Positions 52,360-64,000 of a DNA stretch of 64,000 nucleotides are shown piece after piece (positions within the stretch are counted from its first letter, which is position 1; each line of letters begins with the position of its first letter). A program made the translations under genes and the position numbers. A model generated the notes under the pieces. The model worked only from the letters and a program-made list of their open reading frames with translations. It had not been told where the DNA came from and did not search any database. The stretch is taken from NCBI GenBank assembly GCA_963847445.1, contig CAWJZV010000014.1, positions 192,001-256,000 of the forward strand, read 5' to 3'. The DNA is from an uncultured delta proteobacterium (GTDB lineage: Bacteria > Desulfobacterota > Binatia > UBA9968).

Positions 52360-53217
52360 TTGTTTGCCATCATTGGATATGCAATCGTCTTCGGTTCGGT
52401 GCTCGGTGGCTTTGTCATCGAGGGTGGCGCCGTCGGCATCCTCGTGCAACCGGTTGAATTTCTGATTATCTGCGGCGCCGCCCTGGGCGCTTTGATCATC
52501 GGCACGCCGATCAAAACCATCAAGGCGATGATCGCCAGCATCATGAACGCCATCATGAAGAACGGTTATAGCAAAGCCGACTATATGGAACTGTTCGCCA
52601 TGATGTTCGAAATGTTCTCGGTGATGCGTAAAAGCGGTGAAATGGCGATGGAAAAGGACGTTGACGATCCCGCCAACAGCGAGATTTTTAAGAAATATCC
52701 AAAATTCATGGCCAACCACGCGGCTAAAGGCATGCTCCTCGATTCCTTGCGCCTGGTCATCAGCGGTTCGGCCAACGCCGAGGAGCTTGATAATTTAATG
52801 GATGAGGAGATCGCCACTCACGAAGAAGAAGGTAAGCGGCCTATCGAAGTTTTGACCAAAACCGCCGACGCGATGCCCGGCCTCGGCATTGTCGCCGCCG
52901 TCTTAGGCGTCGTCATCGCCATGGGCGTCATGGACCAAGGCCCGGAAGTGCTCGGGCACAAGATCGCCGTCGCCCTAGTCGGCACCTTCATCGGTATCTT
53001 GGTGTCCTACGCCATGCTTCAGCCGCTCTGTCAAAAAATGGAACTCTTGCTCGTCGAAGAAGAGAAGTATCTCCAGTGCATCAAGTCCGGCGTTCTCGCC
53101 TATCTGCATGGCGCGGCGCCGATCATCGCCGTCGAACATGCCCGGCGCGGGGTTTTCAGCACCGAGCGCCCCGGCGCCCAAGAGCTCGAAGACGCCTGCC
53201 GCGGCAAGAAAGAGTAA
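52360..53217 (+). CDS. motA: Flagellar stator protein MotA (H+-type)
   Basis: QPVEFLIICGAALG, MRKSGEMAMEKDVDDP, DAMPGLGIVAAVLG, ALVGTFIGI. Confidence 0.95.
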   Translation: MFAIIGYAIVFGSVLGGFVIEGGAVGILVQPVEFLIICGAALGALIIGTPIKTIKAMIASIMNAIMKNGYSKADYMELFAMMFEMFSVMRKSGEMAMEKDVDDPANSEIFKKYPKFMANHAAKGMLLDSLRLVISGSANAEELDNLMDEEIATHEEEGKRPIEVLTKTADAMPGLGIVAAVLGVVIAMGVMDQGPEVLGHKIAVALVGTFIGILVSYAMLQPLCQKMELLLVEEEKYLQCIKSGVLAYLHGAAPIIAVEHARRGVFSTERPGAQELEDACRGKKE

Positions 53218-53223
53218 TCTCAC

Positions 53224-54159
53224 ATGGCGTCAGCCAAGGGCGGCAAAGCCGAAACGGCGAAGCATGGCAAAGACGACAAGCCGAGAGTCATCACAAAAAA
53301 ATGCCGGCTGACCCACGGTGGCGGCCATCACGGTGGCGCCTGGAAAGTCGCCTACGCCGATTTTGTCACCGCCATGATGGCGCTGTTTCTCGTGCTCTGG
53401 CTCCTAGGCGCGTCCAACAGCAAAGAAAAAGCCGTCATCGCCCACTACTTCCGCGAGCCTGGCGTATTCAGCGGTTCACGCGGCATCATTCCCCACGGAG
53501 GCCAAGACAAACTCGGCGAAGGCATCATTCAAGCGCCCACCATGGAAGTGCTTCATGCCAATATCAAAGAAGGTTTGGTACAGTTGAAGCAGAGCCTCAA
53601 CGTCACCGATCAAGTGCCGATCACGATCACCGCCGATGGCTTGTTGATTGAAATGATCGACAAAGAGAAACAGGCATTCTTCGAAGTCAATAGCGCCGAC
53701 GTCAAACCGATCATGCGCAAGATTTTGAGCTTGATCGCCAAAGAGATCAAAGATACGCCTAATTTGTTGATCGTCGCCGGCCACACCGACTCGCGCGGCT
53801 TTCACAACGATTCGTTTTATTCCAATTGGGAGCTGTCCTCGGCGCGGGCGCTCAACACCCGGCGCGATCTCGAAGAACTCGGTATCGCCTCGCAGCGTTT
53901 CGAGCAAGTCGTCGGCTACGCCGATCGTAAGTTGCGCCGGCCCAACGATCCACTCGCCGCCGAGAACCGCCGCATCAGTATTCTAATTAAAAACGTTGAC
54001 AAGAATAGCGCGAGCATCAGCGCGGAAAAATCCACTACCAAAGCGGCTGACAAGGCGCGTGCCGAGAAGTCTGAGGCGAAAACCACCGAGAAAACCCATG
54101 CTGAGAAGTCCACAGTGAAACCAGCTGAAAAAGCCCATGACGCGAAGGCCGCGCACTGA
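53224..54159 (+). CDS. motB: Flagellar stator protein MotB (H+-type)
   Basis: HHGGAWKVAYADFVTAMMALFLVLWL, GHTD, YSNWELSSARA, ENRRISI. Confidence 0.95.
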   Translation: MASAKGGKAETAKHGKDDKPRVITKKCRLTHGGGHHGGAWKVAYADFVTAMMALFLVLWLLGASNSKEKAVIAHYFREPGVFSGSRGIIPHGGQDKLGEGIIQAPTMEVLHANIKEGLVQLKQSLNVTDQVPITITADGLLIEMIDKEKQAFFEVNSADVKPIMRKILSLIAKEIKDTPNLLIVAGHTDSRGFHNDSFYSNWELSSARALNTRRDLEELGIASQRFEQVVGYADRKLRRPNDPLAAENRRISILIKNVDKNSASISAEKSTTKAADKARAEKSEAKTTEKTHAEKSTVKPAEKAHDAKAAH

Positions 54160-54203
54160 GAGCGCGGAGGTCGACCGTAGCAGCGAAATAAGCAGATCGG
54201 TTA

Positions 54204-54276
54204 TCACGACGAAGGACACGAAGAGCAGCAAGTTCGGAATCTTATTGATCCGAAACCTTCGTGTCCTATGTCGTGA
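54204..54276. repeat. Long imperfect palindrome between convergent motB and fliN
   Basis: tcacgac/gtcgtga, ggacacgaag/cttcgtgtcc, ttcgga/tccgaa. Confidence 0.75.
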
Positions 54277-54451
54277 AAAATCTATTTCAGTTTACGTAGA
54301 AGCTAATTCAGCCGGCACATTTCGCCGGTCTTGAGCTTATAGACCGCTCTGATCACCGTGAGTTTGCGGTCGACAACTTCTTTTTGCAGAAGGGTGCTCC
54401 CGGCGTCGGTTTACTTGCATCCGATCACACTGGGATTACGTTGAATTGAAA

Positions 54452-54760
54452 TTATCCGAGATTCTCGATGCGCCGCTCCGGGCTGACCACGTCGAGGATG
54501 CGCACGGCGAACTTATCTTTGATCACCACGGCTTCACCATGGGCCATTAATTTATTGTTCACGAGGATGTCGAGAGGCTCGCCGATCATTTGGCTCAATT
54601 CCACCACCGAACCCTGATTGAGCTTGAGCAGATTTTCGATCGTCATGCGGGTGCGCCCGAGTTCGACTGTGACCTTGAGCGGCACGTCCATTAGCATCGC
54701 TAGATCGAACTGATCGTTGGCCGGCCGACCGCTATTTTTATCGTTGCTCACTTCGTCCAT
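54452..54760 (-). CDS. fliN: Motor switch protein FliN
   Basis: MDVPLKVTVELGRT, LLKLNQGSVVEL, GEPLDILVN..AHGEAVV. Confidence 0.95.
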   Translation of the reverse strand: MDEVSNDKNSGRPANDQFDLAMLMDVPLKVTVELGRTRMTIENLLKLNQGSVVELSQMIGEPLDILVNNKLMAHGEAVVIKDKFAVRILDVVSPERRIENLG

Positions 54761-54795
54761 GGGGAAATCCTTCTCCGTCTTTCTACGTGTCGAGG

Positions 54796-55806
54796 CTACT
54801 CGCACGCGCGCGCGTTGACGAACACCTTGTTACCGTTTCGTTGCGCCCCTTTGCCGATAAATTTACGCTTGCCTTCGACCCACAGCTCTACGTCATCGAG
54901 TCCAACGACATTTAATTGAATGACATCGCCGGCGCGCAAGCTCATGATCTCGCCCAGGCTCATATTGACCACATCGACCACCGCTCGGACATCGACCTCG
55001 ACGCCGAGCAAGGGCTGGCGTGCGCGTTTGAACAATCCTAGATTATCCGGATTATTGTCCACTTGTACGCTCACTTTCAGCTGGTTGCGCAGCTCTTCGA
55101 TGGCCGCCAGCGGCAGTGCGAATATGATCGAGCCGCTGATCGGCGACATATTGACCGTATAGGTAGCCAAGATCATCGGGTCGGCCGTGCTGGCGACGTT
55201 TAAGAGATAGGGATTTAGTTCGGCCCGGACATAACGGGTCTTGAGGGCAATGACCGATTGCCACGACTCCTCCATGCCCTTGAGCATATGCCCGACGAAT
55301 TTGCCGAGAAAGGAGTTTTCAATGGTGGTAAAATCGCGCCCCTCGACTTTCATCGCCTTGCTGCCGGTACCGCCGAAAAACAATTCGATCATGGCGAAGG
55401 CGATGCGCGCCTCCATGACCATCATGCCCATGCCGCGCAACGGCTCGAGGCGCACGACGTGGATGCTCCCCGGCAACGGCAAGCTTTGGATTAGCGTGCC
55501 GTAGGCGACCACTTCCATGCCGTCATAAGTGACGTCCACCGATTTGCCCAACTGCGAAGCGAACAGGCTCTGCAGCCGGCGCGAAAAATCGTCGAGAATG
55601 ACCTCGAGACCGGGCAGGCGCCCACGACTGGAAATATCTCTGCGGGAGAAATCATAGGGTTTAAACTCGCTGGTCCGCGCCGGTGGAGCGGCGCTCACCG
55701 GCTCCGTTGGCCAATCCGCCGCGGCGGTGTCAGACGTGGCTACCTGCTGGGTAGCGATACCACCGAGCAACGCGTCGATTTCGTCTTGGGACAAAACTTG
55801 GGCCAT
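54796..55806 (-). CDS. fliM: Motor switch protein FliM
   Basis: VLSQDEIDALL, PYDF, FFGGTG, RDFTTIE, LRAGDVI. Confidence 0.95.
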   Translation of the reverse strand: MAQVLSQDEIDALLGGIATQQVATSDTAAADWPTEPVSAAPPARTSEFKPYDFSRRDISSRGRLPGLEVILDDFSRRLQSLFASQLGKSVDVTYDGMEVVAYGTLIQSLPLPGSIHVVRLEPLRGMGMMVMEARIAFAMIELFFGGTGSKAMKVEGRDFTTIENSFLGKFVGHMLKGMEESWQSVIALKTRYVRAELNPYLLNVASTADPMILATYTVNMSPISGSIIFALPLAAIEELRNQLKVSVQVDNNPDNLGLFKRARQPLLGVEVDVRAVVDVVNMSLGEIMSLRAGDVIQLNVVGLDDVELWVEGKRKFIGKGAQRNGNKVFVNARACE

Positions 55807-55838
55807 AGGTACCAACGACTCCACTCTTGATTACGCCG

Positions 55839-55856
55839 GCGCCAACGTTTTGACGC
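55839..55856. promoter_or_regulatory. FleQ-type box in the fliM leader
   Basis: gcGCCA-acgttt-TGACgc. Confidence 0.45.
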
Positions 55857-55922
55857 TTAGTTGTCAACTCTCCAGCGGAAAAAGCTCGTTTATTCCGAAA
55901 TGTCGGCTACCTTGATTCATGA

Positions 55923-55937
55923 GCAAGTGAGGTGCCA
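55923..55937 (-). promoter_or_regulatory. sigma54 promoter of fliMN
   Basis: TGGCACCTCACTTGC (GG-N10-GC). Confidence 0.78.
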
Positions 55938-55998
55938 GGGCGCCGCAGCTTACTTGCCGTACCGCACCCGATCACGGCTCGATGCCGGCGGTTCTCAG

Positions 55999-59520
<3,522 letters not shown>

Positions 59521-59553
59521 GGCAACCTCATTTCAATTTGACCGTCACCGGAT

Positions 59554-60612
59554 TTACGCTTCTTCGATTACCTTTGCGCCAGTGGAGTTGCCCGAAAACT
59601 TTCGTCGGAGCAATGTTTTCATGTTGCCGTCTCTTTGTTGCCCGGTCTCGGTCACCGGAGTTGGTTTTTCACCTATAACGACAGCCTGAGAGTCTGGCGC
59701 CGCCAGGTAGACTCGGTTGCCGCCCGCCGCTTTGGCGCGATCGAGCGCCCGCTGGGCGGCTTCGATGATGGGCTTGGCGACTTGATTCGGCTCAGGAAGA
59801 CCGGCGCTGACGCCAAAACTCGCGCTGATGGGAATCGGCCCACAGCCGGCATCGATCGGCGTGTCACAAAGCGATTTACGGATACGCTCGGCGCGCATGA
59901 CCGTTTCGTACATATTGCAAGCGGGAACCACGATCATAAATCGCCCAGCCGCGAAACGGCCGACGCTATCGTCGGGGCCTATGGACTCAGTCAAGCGCGC
60001 GGCCGCTCGTTGCAAGACTATGTCGCCTTCGGCTTCACCCCGGGTGTCGTTAAGCATTTTTAAATCGTCGATCTCGAGCAGCATGACGCCAAGAGACTGT
60101 TGTTGCCGCCGGGCCTGTGCCAGCGCGTCGTCTAAGCAAGTGCGAATCGCTCGACGGTTCGCCAAACTCGTCAACGGGTCACGCTGCGCCGCGGCGCGGA
60201 GCTCCGTGTGCGCCACTAACAGGTCTCGCTGCAACGCCAAAATCCGCTCCGCGTTGCGCAGTCGAGCGCTCAATTCCGCCGGTTTGAAGGGCTTGGTCAT
60301 ATAGTCGTCGGCGCCGGCATTGAGGCCAGCCGCCAGGTCGCTGGCCGCGTCCAAGCCTGTCAGCATGATGATATAGACATAAGGCCCGTTGTTGCGCTCG
60401 GTGTGTTCGCGCAGTTTTTGACAGATTTCGACTCCCGTTATGCCGGGCATCATCCAATCGAGAATCGCGATCTCCGGGGCTTGCGGCCTTTGCAGCACCG
60501 ACCAGGCATGGTCGCCGTCGGCCGCGACCTCGACCTCGTAACCGGCCCGGCTCAATCCCGATAACAACAGGTGGCGCATTGTCGAGGCATCGTCGGCAAT
60601 GAGTATTTTCAT
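59554..60612 (-). CDS. Response regulator with degenerate GGDEF domain
   Basis: REC ILIADD..ILDWMMPG..TKPF; DPLTSLANR, EIDDLKMLNDTRG..GD; GRFAAGRF in place of RxGGDEF. Confidence 0.88.
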   Translation of the reverse strand: MKILIADDASTMRHLLLSGLSRAGYEVEVAADGDHAWSVLQRPQAPEIAILDWMMPGITGVEICQKLREHTERNNGPYVYIIMLTGLDAASDLAAGLNAGADDYMTKPFKPAELSARLRNAERILALQRDLLVAHTELRAAAQRDPLTSLANRRAIRTCLDDALAQARRQQQSLGVMLLEIDDLKMLNDTRGEAEGDIVLQRAAARLTESIGPDDSVGRFAAGRFMIVVPACNMYETVMRAERIRKSLCDTPIDAGCGPIPISASFGVSAGLPEPNQVAKPIIEAAQRALDRAKAAGGNRVYLAAPDSQAVVIGEKPTPVTETGQQRDGNMKTLLRRKFSGNSTGAKVIEEA

Positions 60613-60694
60613 TTTGCTATTCCTTACTGCGCTTGCTAGCCGGCAGACTAGCTCCCGCCAAATCTGTCCGGAGTCTCGTCGAAGTAGCGCAAAG

Positions 60695-60900
60695 AACGCC
60701 AAGTTCGGAACCGTTGTCATTTCGACCAGATGGAGAAATCTCTCTTAGATCCCTCGCATCACTAGGGATGAGGGGCCTTGGCCCGTCGCCTTTGCGGCCG
60801 TTGCGACTTTGCATGAGATAATTCGAGAGTGGCCGGTGCGCGAAGCGAAACCCACGGAAAACTTCGTGGTCCGAAACCTCGTGGTGAGCCTGGTCGAACC
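60695..60900 (+). repeat. Composite intergenic repeat, copy B
   Basis: caagttcggaa and tccgaaacc(t)tcgtg arms shared with 54229-54263 enclose a module homologous to 12135-12210. Confidence 0.7.
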
Positions 60901-60947
60901 GTGTCGTCGTGGCATGTCCTTCGAATCCGCATCTGCTTGTGCGCCCG

Positions 60948-61331
60948 CTATTTTTCCTGGCTGAGGAATTGGCCCGGCATGCTGAGAAATTTTTCCAGAC
61001 TGGCTTTGACCGCGGCAAATTGCCGTTCGAAGCAATTGACCTCGCCGGCCAGCGCCGCCAAATCGCCGTCGCGGCCAGCCGCTTCGAACCGTTTCGCCAG
61101 ATCGGCAAACGCCAGCGCGCCCATATTGGCGCTGCTCGATTTAAGCGTGTGGGCCTCCAGCATCAGGCTATCGGCGTCACCGCGCGCCAAAGCTTGGCGC
61201 AACCGCGCCATCCGCGCGGCCGCATCGCTGAGAAAATCGCCGGCTAACTCGACGACAAAATCCTCGCCATACTCAGCGGCCCATTCCCTGGCCTTGTCAC
61301 GAATCGCATTTTCAATCCCCAGCTGTTCCAT
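60948..61331 (-). CDS. Stand-alone Hpt phosphotransfer protein
   Basis: EAHTLKSSSANMGA. Confidence 0.9.
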   Translation of the reverse strand: MEQLGIENAIRDKAREWAAEYGEDFVVELAGDFLSDAAARMARLRQALARGDADSLMLEAHTLKSSSANMGALAFADLAKRFEAAGRDGDLAALAGEVNCFERQFAAVKASLEKFLSMPGQFLSQEK

Positions 61332-61500
61332 CGCCGAACCCTCCATTGATGAAAATTGGCAATCCTAAATCCGCAACAAACCGGGGCCAAATAAGACCAA
61401 ACCCGGGCAATTCCAAAACGGGAAATCCAAATCATGCGTTTTTGGACCCTCGTGTTTTTTGATCATTTAAATTTGCGCCGGAATCCAGTCGCCTTACTTT

Positions 61501-63409
61501 TCACTCTTCACTTCCGAATTTGTCACCCGGCAGCGATTCCCATGCGCCATCGGCCAATGGCAAAACCACGGAAAAACTAGTTCCCACACCCGGCGTGCTG
61601 GCAACTTCTACTTTGCCGCCATGGGCGCCAACCAACTCGCTGACGATATACAGCCCCAAGCCGACGCCTTCCTGGCGATCGGCAAGCTCGATGCGATTAA
61701 ATTTTTGGAATAGGGTCGGCAGCCTCTCCTGAGCGATTCCCGGTCCGCTATCGCACACCTTGACCATCGCGGCGCCATCGCGGCGCATGACGCTCAGGCT
61801 GATGGCGCCGTTGTCAGGAGTAAACTTGAATGCATTGTTGAGCAGATTGGCGATCACCCGGTCCAATGCCAGGGTGTCGCCATCGACGAATATGCCAGTG
61901 GGTTGCGCGTGTAACTGGAACCGAATGCCGCGCATTTGCGCTGCGCCCTCGAAGCGCTCGACGATGCGCCGAAGCAGCTCAACCAGTTCGAAGCGCCGCT
62001 TGGAAAGATCGAGGTGGCCTGCTTCGATACGGGCGAAATCCAAATAGTTGCTGACCAGCGACTCGATGACCTGCGCGGCGTTAAAAATACGTTCGTGACA
62101 CTTGCGGGCCATGGCCGCATCCACCGGCGCGCCCTGCTCGCGCAGCAAGAATTCGGCGTAGCCGCAAATCAAGCCCACCGGATTGCGGATATCGTGCGCC
62201 AGCATGGCGGTAAATTCGGCGCGCTGCCGTTCGAGCTGGCGCTCCGCCGTGAGATCGCGGTAGGTCGCCATGACCAGCGCCGGCACGCCATCCTTGCCGC
62301 GTACAAACCGGCAGTGACTTTCGACCGGCACGACGGGACCATCCGAGCACGCCAACTCCAAGGTGCAGACCCATGAGTCCTGGTTGCCGGTTCGGGCATC
62401 CTCTTGGGCCTTTTTGGCATCGCAATACGACGTGGTGGTCATCAACCTGCTGTAGGGCTTGCCCGCCAAAACGTCACGGGTCGCCGCCATGAGGGCTTCC
62501 AGCGCGCCATTGACGCTGACGATGACGCCGTCGAGCGTGTAGGTGGCGATGCCATTGCCGGCGTTTTCGAACAGGCCACGATAGCGCTCCTCGCTGTCGC
62601 GCAGCCGCTGGGTGCGGATTTGCAAGAGCTCTTCGATGCGCAACAGCGCCCGTTGGCGCACCGCGCTTTCGCATAGCTGCAAGAGCTCTTGGCGCACCGC
62701 AGATTTTTGCATCTGGTTGTCCGCGCCCTTGCGTAGCAGATCCATGGCCAGGTCGGCGGAGTTCGCCGAGGTCATCACTATGACCACCGTCGCCGTGCCC
62801 GGCTGCTTGATCGTTTCGATCAGCCCTGGCGCCATGACCTCGGCGCAATCGCCATCGAGCAAGACGATTTGAGCTCGGCTCTTGATTGAACCGGGATAAC
62901 GCCTGGGCGCCGTCCACCACCAGTGACACGCGATAACCCGCGGCTGTGAAAAGCGCCGTCAGCTCTTGCGCCAAACCGGCGTCGGGTTCGGCCAGCAGCA
63001 CGGTCTTCGCGGAAACCGGTTTGGTGTCGACCAGTAAACCGCGCACCGCGCGGCATAACGTCGCCGGCTCGTAGGGCGCGGCGAGAAAGCCGTCGGCGCC
63101 TAATTGGACGGTTAATTCCTCGGCGTCGGCCCCGGAAAAAATCGCCGACACGACGAGAATAGGGATGCGATTGAACTGGGCAAAGGCGGCCGAGCGCAGG
63201 AGCCGGCAGAAACGCCAGCCATCGATGCCCGGCATATACAGATCGGTGACGATGACATTGATAGCGCTAGGCTCGGCCAACAGGCGCAACGCCTCCTCGG
63301 CGCTCGGGCAAGAGAGCACGTTAAAACCGTCACGACGCAGGATCGTCGCGGAGATGCGTAACTGGAGCGGGTCGTCGTTGACGATCAGTACCGTCGGTTG
63401 GCTTGCCAT
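61501..63409 (-). CDS. REC-REC-PAS-histidine kinase (frameshift near 62875)
   Basis: REC1 VTDLYMPGIDG; REC2 degenerate; SEERYRGLFENA PAS; MLAHDIRNP, NLLNNAFKFT, DSGPGI, GVGLGL. Confidence 0.88.
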
Positions 63410-63514
63410 AAACTCCTGGTTGTCTCCCCCGCCGACTATCTTTGCGCAGCACGCCGTTTACGTCCGCCGGCTTGCCCTTGCTAGACCGCTGCGCGGTAAA
63501 CTTCATCTGAAATT

Positions 63515-63541
63515 AAATCGGCCCACTCCTGTAAGTCTTAA
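63515..63541 (-). promoter_or_regulatory. sigma28 promoter of the signalling operon
   Basis: TTAAGACT-N11-GCCGATTT, about 105 nt upstream of the ATG at 63409. Confidence 0.6.
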
Positions 63542-64000
63542 GTAACGTCGCAGCAGTATGCGAGAAAAGGAAGAATTTCCGGTGAGTATGCGGCGCTGCT
63601 CCGTGCCAGGCAAGAATAAACCGCGCTCACGGAGTTGCTCGGAACTTAGTGGCAATCGGAGAAATTATTACCCTTCTGCTTTAAGCGAGGAGGGGTGGCA
63701 AAGCCGCCTCGAAAAGTTCCGACAACTTTTTACGCAATGAAAAAATCCACCTGACCACGAAGTCGAAAATGGCCAGCTGCGGCAGCGACCGCACCGTTGC
63801 TAGATTGGCATTGCTAAAAATGAGATCACCGGCAGAGCGGCGGGAGTAACCGCCACCATAATCGGCAGCCAGTAAAAAACAATTGCCCACGATCGTAGGT
63901 CCCGGCGACGGCGCCGTTGTTTCGTTCCCGGCGGCTGGCAAAGTTATCTACGCAGCACGGCCGTCCTAGCTATCGAGACGATCAACGCACCGTCTCGCCG

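Noticed and set aside
54030-54150. Repetitive AEKS/EK tail of MotB
   Set aside because: Low-complexity charged tail, common in MotB proteins.
63560-64000. Short ORFs at the right edge
   Set aside because: No recognisable domain, and the context is truncated by the window.

Overview
GC-rich bacterial window. Gene content (Sec-encoding selD, flgL-csrA-fliW, sigma54/sigma28 flagellar hierarchy, rod-binding/M23 FlgJ) suggests a deltaproteobacterial-grade lineage; this is inference, not a database result. Roughly 30 single-base frameshifts in conserved genes look like long-read indel error, so many genes are stitched across frames. From left to right: selA-selB-selD (SelD has an in-frame UGA plus a SECIS-like hairpin); a glycogen operon (malQ, internally deleted glgB remnant, glgA, glgC, GH57/DUF3536-type protein); then a ~50 kb mostly minus-strand flagellar region. 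That region holds a divergent Na+-type stator pair plus a conserved unknown gene; fliT/S/D-flaG-fliC; a Maf-less pseudaminic-acid locus with extra tailoring enzymes and two orphan GT-B-like proteins; fliW-csrA-flgLKNM; flgJIHAGF; two DUF2802/SwrB-like paralogs; fliA-flhGFAB-fliRQPOL; HDOD-REC; an H+-type motAB; fliNM; and a sigma28-linked phosphorelay. Five sigma54 and six sigma28 promoter motifs and FleQ-type boxes can be read directly. The most unusual signals are the glycosylation locus, the two stators under different sigma factors, and small palindromic/heptamer repeats, one of them inserted in-frame in a histidine kinase. No tRNA, rRNA, CRISPR array or transposase was recognised.
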